This document shows, one piece after another, positions 12,616 to 26,300 of a stretch of 64,000 nucleotides of DNA. The notes beneath the pieces are model-generated. The model was not told the DNA's origin. It worked only from the letters and a program-made list of their open reading frames with translations, and did no database searches. Numbering within the stretch: position 1 is the first letter of the stretch; every line of letters starts with the position of its first letter. A program made the position numbers and the translations under genes. Origin of the DNA: Squalus acanthias (lineage: Eukaryota); the NCBI GenBank assembly GCA_030390025.1, contig CM059445.1, positions 30,008,001 to 30,072,000 of the forward strand. The letters run 5' to 3'.

Positions 12616-12772
12616 TGATGTGGAGATGCCGGTGTTGGACTGGGGTGGACAAATGTGAGAAGTCGCACAACACCAGGTTATAGTCCAACAGCTTTATTTG
12701 AAATCACAAGCTTTCGGAGCGCTGCTCCTTCGTCAGGTGAAGTGAAGAGATGCATATAGGCACAGCATATAT
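12616..12772 (-). mobile_element. About 160-bp PLE-derived mini-element (family A) containing a hammerhead at 12704-12740
   Basis: Reverse complement reads tcac-CTGACGA-aggagc agc gctcc-GAAA-gctt-gtga, followed by AATAAA and the pLTR tail. It is flanked by a 59-bp direct duplication. Confidence 0.85.
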
Positions 12773-13877
12773 AATGTAAGGTAGACCTGCTGTGATGGTT
12801 TATTAGGTATACCTGTGTTGATTGAATGTAAGGTATAGCTGCATCTTAAATTATGACAACCCATGTCCCAGTGCACTTTCAGTGTAACTACCTGTTATAT
12901 ACAGGAACGTTCTTGTGTTGTCAGCTGTTTTAAGAGCTGGATCAGCTTTTGCTAGTTTGGTGAAGTTGCTATTATGAGTAACCGTGGCTGTTTCTGGTGA
13001 GGGAGGACACCTCAGGTGCATAGCTCTCAACCAAAAATTCTCTGCCTGGGATTTGTTTCAGTTCTGGAAAGGAAATGACCTGGAGCCTCGTGCAGCAGAC
13101 TCTCTGAAACAGAGTAACTCTCGTGTGACACCACAGCAGAATTCAACCACTCTCATCATTCTCACAATCTGGTCATCATGCTATTTATTCAAATCGGAGG
13201 AGCTACAATGTTTCATCGTACAGATAAATGATGTATAACAGTGATGAGAAATATCAGAAATATCAGAAACATCCTGTGTCCTGCCCAAAGTCCATTCTGA
13301 GCACCAGAAAGGCCACGGGCAGCATTGTGATCCCTTCACTCCCACTCCTCTGTCTGCTGCTCCTGCCCCTGGGCTCAAGGGCTCCTGTGACGAGCAAACC
13401 TTCACGACTGGCCACATGAAGATGCGCCCAGTGCTGACGGGAAGCCCAGCCGCCACTGCCAACTGGGCACTAAACTTCCGTGGGATGGATGTTTGTCAGA
13501 TCGAGAGATGTACAGCCTCTTCCTAAAGGTGGAAATGGTCAAACTGGTTTGGACCCGTCCCTTAGACAAGATGCCCCTCATTAATTCCACAGCATTACCC
13601 CTCCCGCAGAAAAGGGATGATTCATGAGGATCGCTCCAGGCACCATGAGAACAGCAAGCCCAGACCAAGTGGGCAGCCCTGTGCTTCCCTGCCTGCTGCC
13701 TCACTTGCGGTCACTACGTGACACCACTATCTCAGTAGGTAGGACCACACTGACCAATTCATTGTCTCCCTGTCTGCTCTCTCAATAACGTGCAACCAAA
13801 ATTCCCCACCATGTAAATAAGTGTAATGAAAAAGAAATGTGAACACGGGTTCATCAGTCGTAAACACGCTCGGCTTT

Positions 13878-16065
13878 TGTTTATTCATTCTCGGAATGTG
13901 GGCATTGCTGGCAAGGCCAGCATTTATTGCCCATCCCTAATTGCCCTCGAGAAGGTGGTGGTGAGCCCCATTTTTGGACCGCTGCAGTCCGTGTGGTGAA
14001 GGTACTCCCACAGTGCTGTGAGGGAGGGAGTTCCAGGATTTTGACCCAGCAACGATGAAAGAACGGTGATATACTTCTAAGTCAGGATGGTGTGTGACTT
14101 GGAGGGGAACTTGGAGGTGGTGCTGTTCCCATGCGCCTGCTGCCCTTGTCCTTCTAGGTGGAAGAGGTTGCGGGTTTGGGAGGTGCTGCCGAAGAAGCCT
14201 TGGTGAGTTGCTGCAGTGCATCTTGTAGATGGTACACACTGCAGCCACGGTACGCCAGTGGTGGAGGGAGTGAATGTTTAAGGTGGTGGATGGGGTGCCA
14301 ATCAAGTGGGCTGCTTTGTCCTGGATGGTGTCGAGCTTCTTGAGTATAGTTGGAGCTGCACTCATCCAGGCAAGTGGAGAGTATTCCATCACACTCCTTA
14401 CTTGTGCCTTGTAGATGGTGGAAAGGCTTTGGGGAGTCAGGAGGTGAGACACTCGCCGCAGAATACCCAGTGTCTGACCTGCTCTTGTTGCCACAGTATT
14501 TATGTGGCTGGTCCAGTTAAGTTTCTGGTCAATGGTGACCCCAGGATGTTGATGGTGGGGGATTTGATGATGGCGATGCCGTTGAATGTCAAGGGGCGGT
14601 GGTTAGCCTCTTGCTTGTTGGAGATAGTCATTGCCTGACACTTGTGTGGCGCGAATGTTATCTGCCAATTATCAGCCCAAGCCTGAATGTCGTCCAGGTC
14701 TTGTTGCATGCGGGCATGGACTGCTTCATTATCTGATGTGTTGTGAATGGCACTGAACTCTGTGCAATCATCAGCGAACATTCCCATTTTTGACCTTATG
14801 ATGGAGGGATGGTCATTGATGAAGCAGCTGAAGATGGTTAGCCCTAGGACACTGCCCTGAGGAACTCCTGCAGCGATGTCCTGGGGCTTTGATGATTGAC
14901 CACCAACCACCACAATCATCTTCCTTTGTGCTAGGTATGGTGAGCAGGTTATTGGTGAGTAAGTGCTGCTTGATAGCACTGTCGACGACACCTTCCATCA
15001 CTTTACTGATGATTGAGAGTAGACTGATGGGGCGGTAATTGGCTGGGTTGGATTTATCCTTTTTCTGGACAGGACATACCTGGGCAATTTTTCACTTTGT
15101 CGGGTAGATGCCAGTGTTGTAGCTGTACTGGAGCAGCTTGGCTAGAGGCGCGGCTAGTTCCGAGCACAGGTCTTCAACGCTACAGCCGGGATGCTGTTGG
15201 GGCCCATAGCCTTTGCTGTGTCCAATGCTCTCAATCATTTCTTGATATCACATGGAGTGAATCGAATTGGCTGAAGACTGGCAGCTGTGATCGTGGGGAT
15301 CCCAGGAGAAGACCGAGAAGGATTATCCACTCAGCACTTCTCGCTGAAGATAGTTACGAACGCTTCAACCTTGTCTTTTGCATTCACTGAGGATGGGGAT
15401 GTTCATGGAGCTTCCTCCTCTCATTAGTTGCTCAATTGCCCACCACCCTTTGCAACTGGATTTGACAGGGTTGCAGAGCTTTGATCTAATCCGTTAGTTG
15501 TGGGATCGCTTAGCTTTGTCCATAGCATGCTGCTTCCGCTATTTATCATGCGTGTGTTGTAGAGTCACTAGGTTGGCACCTCATTTTCAGGTACGCCTGG
15601 TGCTGCACCTGGCATGTTCTTCTACACTCCTTACTGAACCAGGGTTGGTCATCTGGCTTGATGACAATGGAGGATTGAGGGATCTGCTGGGCCATGAGGT
15701 TGTCGATTGCGATGGAATAAAATTCTGCTGTTGCTGATGGCCTATAGCACCTCATGGATGCCCAGTTTTGAGCTGCTAGATCTGTTCTGAATCTATCCCC
15801 CTTAGCTTGGTAGCAGCGCCTCACGACACAAAGGAGGCTGTCCTCAGTGTGAATACGGTCTCCACAAGGACTGTCTGGTCACTCCTCCCAATACTGTCAT
15901 GCACAGGTGCACCTGCGACAGGTAGATTAGTGAGGATGAGGTCAAGTAGGTTTTTCCCTTGTGTCGGTGCTCTTACCCACCTGCAGCAAGCCCAGTCTGG
16001 CAGTTCTATCCCTCAGGACTCAGCCAAGCTTAGTCAGTGGTGGTGCTACCGAGCCACTCCTGGTG
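13878..16065 (-). mobile_element. Non-LTR retrotransposon (CR1/L2-group RT), degenerate, about 2.2 kb
   Basis: GVPQGSVLG..IFSCFIND, MFADD and IYKAQVRSVMEY motifs in ORFs 13937-14991. The 3' tail reads ...GGGCAATAAATGCTGGCCTTGCCAGC...GAATGAATAAA. Confidence 0.88.
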
Positions 16066-17136
16066 GAGTTACGCTAACATTTATCTGGGTAACAGGCTCT
16101 GTGTCTTTAGTGACACCAGATACTGAAGGAACTTATAGCTCTAGGGGTGCATTGAGTACAAACTACTTGCCCACCTGTCTTCCACATGAATGTTCTGAAA
16201 ACACCTCTCGATGCCGGAGGAAGTCTCACTCCATTCAGTGCCTGGTTGGAAGCGCTGAGTTGAGGCTGTGGTGTCTGAGTGAGGAGAATGGGGGAGGGCA
16301 GGAGGGGAACTGAAGGCGAGTGCTATTCCCGTACTGTCCCAAGTGCTCCTTGGCAGACTAATATAGGGGCCACTGGCACCATCTTCGGCTACACAAGTGT
16401 CAGGTCAGATGGAGGAAGAAAAGGGGGAAATGCACTCAAAATATGCCCCTCACCCATAAAACAGAGATTTAAATACCTCCAATCTGGTAGGATAAATCAT
16501 TGGTTTAGGAGGAACAGTTCCTGTGGCTAAAATGTATAGTGTTAGTCTAGATTTCCTTGGTTTGGTTCTTTTAGAATGCGTTTATAATTTTCCTAAAAGT
16601 ACTGAACAGTGGAAATCTTCACAAACACTTTTCTACTACGCATAATGACCTGAGAGATTGTTAACCCTTAGTTGATGTTGCTGAACATTAGCACCAACTC
16701 AGAGAGGCCTCCATGAGGGCCCTTTCCTAAAGGTTGGCCCACAGTGGTCAATCGTTTTCTCAATTATTCCCCAGAAGGTACTGACCACCTTCCAGTAAGA
16801 CATGAGCCTAGACAATGAGTATTGTAAGGCTATAGACCATGCCAAGGCACATGCACCTTCCAGCAGGAGTCACTGCAAAGCAATCAGGAACTGTGGCTGA
16901 TTTTCCCCCTCACTAACCCTTGCTAACAGCAGTGACGAGGGTTTGATCGTCACACCTTCTAGTGTCAGGTACACCCTGTCTAAATTTTCCTGAAATCTGA
17001 ACTCGACTTTTGATGGAAGGTGAGATGGAAGAAGCACAAAGCCAGCTGAATTCAAGGCACCAGGACTCATAAAAAAAGAATCAAAACCTTCAGCCTATCG
17101 GAGACCCCTCAGACCTGTTAGGGCATCGTGGCCCAG

Positions 17137-17331
17137 TTATATAGAACAGCTGACTTTGCCCATCTTCCTGCACTTCAGTATCTTCAGGAATGTCTCCATC
17201 TTGTGCGCATCTTTTCTGAAGCAGTTTAAGGTCGCGTAGTCTCTCAGAATAGAGTCCAGAACCTGGGGATTCACTTCGAACCCGATCAATGGCTTTTCCA
17301 GCTCTGCTCTGGGACAACTTTCATCCAGCAT
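17137..17331 (-). CDS. smtl: Somatolactin exon 5 (helix 4, stop codon)
   Basis: Acceptor cctttcttattaag|ATG CTG GAT. Encodes [19 protein letters not shown], the GH/PRL family C-terminal signature in its SL form. TAA at 17139-17137. Confidence 0.96.
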   Translation of the reverse strand: MLDESCPRAELEKPLIGFEVNPQVLDSILRDYATLNCFRKDAHKMETFLKILKCRKMGKVSCSI

Positions 17332-20300
17332 CTTAATAAGAAAGGAATATGGTTAAACACATGGTAAAAAATATCATTTCACCATTCAGACGCAACCAGT
17401 ATCTCACTGACCTGGCCCTGACACCAACCACAATTCGATAGATACAGAGAAGCTATTTCCCCTGCTGGGGAATCCAGAAGGAGGGGACACGATCTTAAAA
17501 TTAGAGCCAAGCGATTCAGTGGTGAAATCAGGAAACACTTTTTCAAACAAAAGGTAGTGGAAATGTGAAACTCTCTCCCCCTAAAGGCTGTGTGACAATT
17601 GGAGCTTTCCAGACTGAGATATGGATTTTTGTTGGGTAAAGGTATCAAGGGGTATGGAGCAAAGGCTGGTCAATGGAGTTGAGGTACAGATCAGCCTTGA
17701 CCTATTTAAATGGCAGAGTAAGTTCGAGGGGCTGAATGGGCTCCTCCTGTTCCTGTGTTTCTATAGAACCAATAACGAGGTGACGCAGCAAAAGATAACC
17801 ATTGCCCAGGATCTCTCCAACAACATTGTGGGCGAAGCATTGTGCGATGTGATACTGAGCACACAAACCAGGAAGGTCTTTGGTTCCACTCGTAGTTTGC
17901 ACTGTGTTAGCTGTTCTCAGGCGAGGCAGTGGGAGGGAAAACCATCAATAGCCTCTGAACCCCTGGGAGAGGAAGAGACATAGCTGGCCACAGTTCCTGC
18001 TCCCGGTCACTGCCCCGGTGACTATGAGCCCGGCTCAGTAATTTGGAGGTGGGGATGGGGGGTGGTGCTCAGTAATCTAGGGGAAGGCTCAGTAATGGTG
18101 GCTCAATAATCGAGAGGGGGAGATAGAGACTGGGGAATAGAGGCTCGGGGAGCAAGGCTGACTGGGGATGGAGGAATCAGGGGTTGGGAGGGCGGGGGAG
18201 AGGAGTGGACTGGAGAATGGGGAAGAGAAGGGGCCTGGGGCTGGGGGATTGAGCCTCAAGCGGAGGGGGAAATGGGCTGGGTGGGTGTGGCGACCAGCAT
18301 TTCCCGCAGAGCTGGGAGCAGCAGCAAGGTGGTGAGTGGGAGCGACGCAGAGGGAGGAGCAGCCAGTAAAGGGGCGAGTGAAACCTGGGGACCTCACTCT
18401 GGGTAAACAGTGAAAGATTGTTTCCACTGGTGAGCGACTGGGGAACAAGGGGACGCAGACTGAGGATTCTCATCAGAAGAATCAAGGGGAAGGGTGAAAG
18501 AAGGTTCTTGACCAGAGGGCTATTAGACCATGGAATCCTTCACCACATGTGGCTATTGAGGTAAAGACTAGAACATCATTTAAAAGGAAATGGGATCGTA
18601 TTTGAAAAGAAGGAATATAAAAGGATCTGGAGGGAATGGGGTTACGGGAGAGAGTGCCAGCACCGGGGGTTGAATGGCCTCCTCCTGTGCTGTAATTCCT
18701 ATAATTCTATGAAAATTCTCCTTTAATGAGTCTGAGCTTTGGGAGTGGTTTAGAATTGTTGGTGCTGAGCTAAGTTTAGGACAACATGTCCTGTGAGAAG
18801 TGCCCCAAACACCGAGCCCGCTGCCCTTTGTGCGATCTCTCGGTTTGGTTCAGGTCGGTCTGTACCGCCCGGGTTTGACGTGTGAAGTCCAAGTACAGAT
18901 CGACTCTGACTGAGGCTCCCAGTTCAGAAGTGTCACCTTCACACGGAACCGGAGTCCAAACCAGAGTCCAAGGGGATCGGGAGAGAGATCGGGCCTGTTA
19001 AAGTCACATCGACCGGGGAGCCTGACCTCACCTTGTGCAGTTCAGGGGGATTCTGGCTATAGTTTGAAGGGGAATATCAGCGGGTTATAGAAAGAAAGAC
19101 TTGCATTTATGCAGCACCTTTCACAACCTCAGGACGTCCCAAAGCACTTTATAGCCAATTAAATACTTTTGAAGTGTAGTCACTGCTGTAATGTAGAAAC
19201 ATGGCAGCCAATTTGCGCACAGCAAGCTCCCACAAACAGCAATGTGATAATGACCAGATAATGTGTTTTAGTGATGTTGGTTGAGGGATAAATATTGGCC
19301 CCAGGACACCGGGGATATCTCCCCTGCTCTTCTTCAAGATAGCGCATGGGATATTTTACATGCACCTGAGAGGGCAGACGAGGCCTTGGCTTAACATCTC
19401 ATCCAAAAGACGGCCCCTCTGACAGTGCAGCACTCCCTCAGCACTGCACTAGTGTCAACCTAGATTTTGTTCTCAACGCTCTGGAGTGGGACTTGAACCC
19501 ACAACCTTCTGACTCAGAGGCGAGGATGCAGCGACTGAGCCACAACTCAGTTTTACTACTAGTAGTACCAGTAACTAGTAGGATTATTACTAGTTACAGG
19601 TAGGATATCGGGGCATTAAATCAATTACTCCCAGTTACATATCAGTGAGTTATTGCATTACTGTTGGTTATGAGGGGAGTCTGCTATTAGTATTACTATT
19701 AGTTATCAGCGCAATTTCAGTGAGTTACCATTAGTTACTGGTGGAATCAAAGTCCCTCCCACCTCTGGTTTGCCCTCTTCCCCTGCTCACAGGAGGCCTC
19801 CTGGTTCTCGGAACTTCTCACACAACAGCTGCTGACACGAACCACGAACAAATATTCTCAACAACGGGGGACCCAACCGTTATAAAGTAAATGCAATAAC
19901 ATTTGTAGAAGTCATGTGATCAGATGTAACGTGATCAGATGTCACGTGATCATGCATCACATGGTCAGATGTCATTTGGTCAGAACATCACATGATCAAA
20001 CCTCCAGGAATGCCTCCAACCAATGTTGCCAACCCTAGTCTCAGCGGTCCAATCTTCAGTGATGCTTCACCGGACGAGATGCCTCTTACTCTGCGCAGTG
20101 CGGCCACTTTATGGAAATGAGGCCTGAGGCCTAATACTGGGAGCACCTCGGGCTTCACCATTCAGGTACAGGGATCGTACCCGAAAATGGGCGTGCCCAA
20201 ATTTCTAGGCCATTGAGCCCTAGAGAGATTGGTAGAACGTACAATGGTTTAAACTCTGGCCTTTCACCTCCAGGATCAAATCAAGCTCAGATTGATTGGA

Positions 20301-23300
20301 ATGAAAGCCTTCTGTGTTACCTATAATGACCTGGGAGTGCTGGACACTCGTACTGGCTGTCTGAAATGGAAAGTGTTCCATTATCCAGCACTAACATCCC
20401 TCACCTGGATGAGCAAAGAATTGACAAGAGAAAGACCAGAACTATACAGGCCAAACTTGAAAACTAGCAAAAGCTGGCCAGCAACTTCAAAGAAGCTGAT
20501 GCTGGCCCTCATTCAAAAACACCAACAGCTCAAAAAGAGCCCGAATACAAGGGCCATAACATAGAAAAGGTGGGACACACAGATCTCGTAATCTAATCTG
20601 CAGGTATAGCCAACATTCCATTACTTGTATTACAGCAAATAAAGAAGATATAATGGCCGAGAAATTCGGGTGGTTTGCGCCACCCGTTAGCACGGCCGGC
20701 TCTTCCGCCAGCTGGTGGAGGGACCCGCGGAATCCTCCATTTTCGAAGGCCCGGTAGCACTGCCGTTATGAAGTATCACCCTGCAAACACGCTGACTTAA
20801 TGTCACCACTGCTGCTGGATGCTTACAAGGCCTCGGATGGTGAAGGAAGGCCTCTGAGAAGACAGAAAATGCTGCAAATACTCAGCAGGTCAGGCAACAT
20901 CTGTGGCGAGAAAAACAGCATTCACATCTCAGGTCAAGATGCTGCCTGACCTGATGAATATTTTCAGCATTTTCTGCTGTCATTTCAGATTTACAGCATC
21001 CACTCGCAGAGGGAAAAAGAAGAAGTCGAAGAGGAGGAAACAGATGAGGAGAAAGCAGAAGGAAGGATGCAACCCAGACAGCCCCTTTCTGGCCAGGATA
21101 TCCGGGATGGAATTATCTGCCTGCGGTCCCAGTGACTACAACCCCAATTCCCCTTTTTACATTAGTCCCACACCTTACCTTCCCTCTGTTATTGACCATC
21201 ACAATGTCCTCTTGGCCACAATGCTGAAATAAAAGCCACCACAAAGCAAACTTCCCAATCCAACTTTACACATCTATCCATCCAATATGACATCAAGAAA
21301 TCAACTCATCACCCTTATGCATTCCCTTAGTGACTGTGTTGCGTGTGCCTTTGCCTAGCCTACTGATGTCACACAGTGCTACCCCAGTGGCTGCAGCATG
21401 GCTGATGGAAGGCTGCCGACTTTCAGTGGGGGACACTGCAAATGGCCTTGCAGGTCGACCTTGAGGAGCTGGTAGCTGGAAGTGTCAAATCAAGTGATGG
21501 TGTTTCAAGTTCTGATGTAAGGTCATTGACCTGAAACATTAACTCTGTTTCTCTCTCCACAAATGCTGCCTGGCTTGCTGAGTATTTCCAGCATTTTCTG
21601 TTTTTATTTGTGCTTTATGGCATCCACAGTATTTTGCTTTTTGATTTGTGATGGTCTTCTTGTTTTTTCCTCCTCCTCCTCCTCCTCCTGCTCCTCCTCC
21701 TCCTTCTCCTGCGCGGAAGACGACATAGAAAGTCATATATGCAAATTTGCCAATGACACAAAGATAGGTGGCATTGTGGGCAGTGTAGGTGAAAGCATAA
21801 AATGACAAAGGGATATCAATAGATTAAGTGAATGGGCAAAACTGTGGCAAATGGATTTCAATGTAAGCAAATGTGAGGTCATCCACTTTGAATCTAAAAA
21901 GGATAGAACAGAGTGCTTTCTAAATGGTGAAAAGCTAAAAACATCTTTAGCCCCCAGCGCAAATTTTTCTTGGGTATCACTGCGGCTGTTTTCAGCGGCC
22001 GTTAGCCCGAGTTGCCGGCATCACTGCTGGCGGCCACGAATTTCTAGGCCAAACATTTGCATTTCTATAGCGCCTTTCACAACCTCAAGACGTCTCAAAG
22101 CGCTTTACAGTCAATGAAGTACTTTTTGCAGTGCAGTTACTGATATAATGTAGCTACATGACTAAAATACGCAGAAGTATGTTCACCAGTAGGGGCGCTT
22201 TTAGATATTGCTGAAGAGGATTCACAGCTATCTGCTTCTGGAGGCTCGAGCCCCGTGTTTGAGCTGGCGCTGGAATCGGGGACTGAAGTTGGTGACAGTC
22301 GAGCCGGGTGGTATTATCTCCCAGGCCTCCTCCCTCACTGATGCCCGCCCGAAGCCAGCGGGGTTGACTTAGAGGCTGCCAGGCGGGAGCAGGAAATCGT
22401 GCAGCTGCAATCAGCTGTCCGGGACTATTGGGAATGGCCCCTGGCGAGGTAATTCAGGGCGGGAGGTGGGGGGCGGTCTGGGCCGATCACGGCCGTATAA
22501 GGAGAGGGGAGAGCCGGGATCAGGGGAGGCCCAATGTTTCCTTGTTGACTGATAGCTCTCTCACCTCTGAGTCAGAAGTTTGTGTGTTCAAGCCCCACTC
22601 TGGAGACTTGAGCACATAATCTAGGCTGACACTTCACGGCCGACATGAGGGAGCGCTGCATTGTCGGAGGTGCCGTCTTTCAGATGAGACATTAAACTGA
22701 GGCCTCGTCTGCTCTATCAGGTAGATGTAAAAGATCCCATGACACTATTCAAAGAAGAGCAGGGAAATTCCCCCCAGTGTCCTTGCCAATATTTATCCCT
22801 CAACCAACACCTAGAATCATAGAATCATAGAATGGTTACAGCACAGAAGGAGGCCATTTGGCCCGTCGAGCCCATGCTGGCTCTCTGCAAGAGCACTTCA
22901 GCTAGTCCCACTCCCCCGCCCTTTCCCCGTAGCCCTGCAATTTTTTTTCCTTCAGATACTTATCCAATTCCCTTTTGAAAGCCACGATTGAATCTGCCTC
23001 CACCACCCTTTCAGGCAGTACATTCCAGATCTTAACCACTTGCTGCGTAAAAAAGTTATTTCTTACGTCGCCTTTGGTTCTTTTGCCAATCACCTTAAAT
23101 CTGTGTCCTCTGGTTCTCGACCCTTCCGCCAATGGGAACAGTTTCCCTCTATCAACTCTGTCCAGACCCCTCATGATTTTGAACACCTCTATCAAATCTC
23201 CTCTCAATCTTCTCTGCTCCAAGGAGAACAACCCCAGCTTCTCCATTCTATCCACGTAACTGAAGTCCCTCATTCCCGGAATCATTCTCGTAAATCTTTT

Positions 23301-26300
23301 CTGCACCCTCTCTAAGGCCTTCACATCCTTCCTAAAATGCGGTGCCCAGAATTGGACACAGTACTCCAGTTGGGGCCAAACCAGTGTTTTATACAGGTTC
23401 ATCATAATTTCCACACTTTTGTACTCTATGCCTCTATTTATGAAGGAAGGAGCAAATCGATAGCTCCGAAAGCTTGTGATTTCAAATAAAACTGTTGGAC
23501 TATAACCTGGTGTTGTGCGACCTCTCTATTTATGAAGCCCAGGATCCCGTAAGACTTTTTAACTGCTTTCTCAACCTGCCCTGCCACCTTCAACAATTTG
23601 TGCACACATACCCTCAGGTCTCTCTGTTCGTGCAGGATTGTACCATTTAGTTTATATTTCCTCTCCTCATTCTTTCTACCAAAATGTATCACTTCACACT
23701 TTTCTGCGTTAAATTTCATCTGCTACGTGTCCGCCCATTTCACCAGCCTGTCTATGTCTTCCTGAAGTCTATCACTCTCCTCCTCACTGTTCACTATATT
23801 TCCAAGTTTGGTGTCATCGGCAAATTTTGCCTAGGCCCGTGGTGCCTAAAAAACTGGCGCCGCACAGCCCAAATTTAGCCCCCATTATCTGGTCATTATC
23901 ACATTGCTGAGCATGTTTGTTTGCATGTGGGGGCATGTGCATGTGTGAATTTGTTTGTGTGTGGGTGCGTTTGTGCGTGTGTGCATGTGTGTGTGTGTGT
24001 AACTATGCGACTCGCACATAACTTGATTTTATGTAAATGTGTGCTGGTGACTTATCTATAGGCAGTTAGTTTGTCTGTGCAATCAGACCGAGCACATTGT
24101 CCAATCATTCAGACAAGAGATATTTCTTACTTTGGTCACTGCTGAAACAGGTCCCAGATGCCCCGTCGCCCTCGCCACGCCGTTATTAGCTCGCACCTCC
24201 AGCAAAAATTGCAGGGCAAAAGTCTTTCGAGCTGAAAGGTGAGGGAAAATGTCTAACTAATGGGGCTCATCACGAGATGACCTGCTCCTGCAAATTCTGG
24301 GCCAAATATAACCTCTTTGGCACTGTGGACCACATAGAGTAGAATTATACCTGAAATAAATACAGAAAATGTTGGAAATACTCAGCAGGTCAGGCAGCAT
24401 CTGTGGAGAGAGAAACAGAGTTAACGCTTCAGGTCGATGACCTTTCATCAGAACTGGAAAAAGTTAGAGATGGAACAGGTTTTAACCAGGTGCAGAGACA
24501 GGGACAGGGGGGAGGGGAGGAAAGCACAAAAGGGACGATCTGTGATAGGGTAGAAGGCAGGAGTTGTTAAATGCTGCAAATGGGGATGGCAGAATCATCA
24601 ACAGCTGCTGCCTGAAAAAATAGGGGCAGAGGTTATGGTCCGAAATTGTTGAACTCGATGTTGAGTCCAGAAGGCTGTAAAGCGCCTAATCGAAAGATCT
24701 TACGTTGAGCTTCGTTGGAACAGTGTAAGATGCCGAGTACATCTATGACTTTTTCCAGTTTTGACGAGGGGTCATCGACCTGAAACGTTAACTCTGTTTC
24801 TCTCTTCACGGATGCTGCCTGACCTGCTGAGTATCGCCAGCATTTTCTGTTTTTATTTCAGATTCCAGCACCCGCAGTATTTTGCTGTTGTCGTAGAATT
24901 ATACCTGAGTTGTGCGGCCACTTCTTCATGGTTTTCTGTCTCTCTACCTTGACTCCTGCCCCATCAAGCATGGGATCCAAGTGAACACAATATGAAATAT
25001 TGAACTGCAGTGGCAACGTGATCAGTGCCACCAACACAAGGACTCAAGAACTTGCGAGTTAGCATGGGATGGGTTTGGTCCCTTCAGCTGATTTTCAAGA
25101 GGAAACATGGGAACAGTGGACAAAGCACTGATTGTCCATGTAAAAAACGTACGTTTGCAGAACTCCAGGCTGGTTAAACACTACACATTACTCTCTCTAC
25201 ACAGATGCGGCCGGACCTGCTGTGATTTCCAGCAAAAAAAGTTTTTTGTTTTCCATACAGACACCAGCATCTGCCACATTGTCTTTGATGTAATGTTTTC
25301 CTGACTGACCTGTTTGGACACCATCCACACCTTTGATTGCCGTGATTATCTCTCCGCCGAGGTGTGATAAAGGGCAGTTGGAAAGATTAACTGTAATCAT
25401 CTGGCTGTGTTTTCTGACTATATATGCTGTGCCTATATGTATCTCTTCACTTCACCTGACGAAGGAGCAGCGCTCCGAAAGCTTGTGATTTCAAATAAAG
25501 CTGTTGGACTATAACCTGGTGTTGTGCGACTTCTCACATTTGTCCACCCCAGTCCAACACCGGCATCTCCACATCATGACTACACATTACAACAGTGAAC
25601 TCACTTCAAAAGTACTTCATTGGCTGTGGAGTATTTTGGGACGTCCTGAGGTTGCGAAAGGCACAATATAAATGTCTTTATAATGTCTTTTTTCTTTTAC
25701 ACTGTACAGAATCGACTGTAGGGGGTACTGCTGACTATTCCAGGAATGTAGGATAGCACATGACACGAATGAAACCAATCAATATCTTGCTGTCCAGGAC
25801 TCAGGTTTGATTGAGTATGATGATCGGGATTGTTTGCTACGTGTGTGTTGCCGTGGTGATGGGTGCTGAGGGCGGGTACATAAATACTTGTTGTTTTCTG
25901 CCTCCAAACTATCAATGCCTGAATGTGTCCAAGGTACATTGAACAAACCACACCCCCCATTAAAAGGGTCTCAGTTACAACACTCTATTACACACCACTT
26001 TCATTCTAAAGTTCTCCTTCCCTCTCTCTCTTTCTGCTTCCCTCTCTTTCTCCCCCTCCCTCTCCCTCTCTCTCTGATCAGAGTACTGGACTTTGGTTCT
26101 TGAGATTTCATGTTTAATAAAGTGCTTTATAATGTAGTACATAGCTTGTGATAATACGCAAGGAGTTGTAATAAAGGTGGATCATCTATTTCTTTGATTT
26201 GGAAAGTGTTGGTTTAATATGGATTAAGAACAGAATGTGGCTGCTGATTTTTAATTCTAAAATTAGCCCCACTGTATGTAGAATGTAATGTTAACCCAGA

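Noticed and set aside
17137-17331. Assignment of the hormone as GH or prolactin
   Set aside because: [12 protein letters not shown]|MLDE, SKSEI..ISD.WLLH and the N-terminal PLxDC fit SL. GH has KDMHKVET and PRL has RDSHKID.
18030-18490. Pro/Ser-rich ORFs in a G/A-rich tract
   Set aside because: Low-complexity sequence with no splice or domain support.
19485-19546. tRNA gene
   Set aside because: A/B boxes are present, but they run straight into the SINE body, so this is a SINE head.
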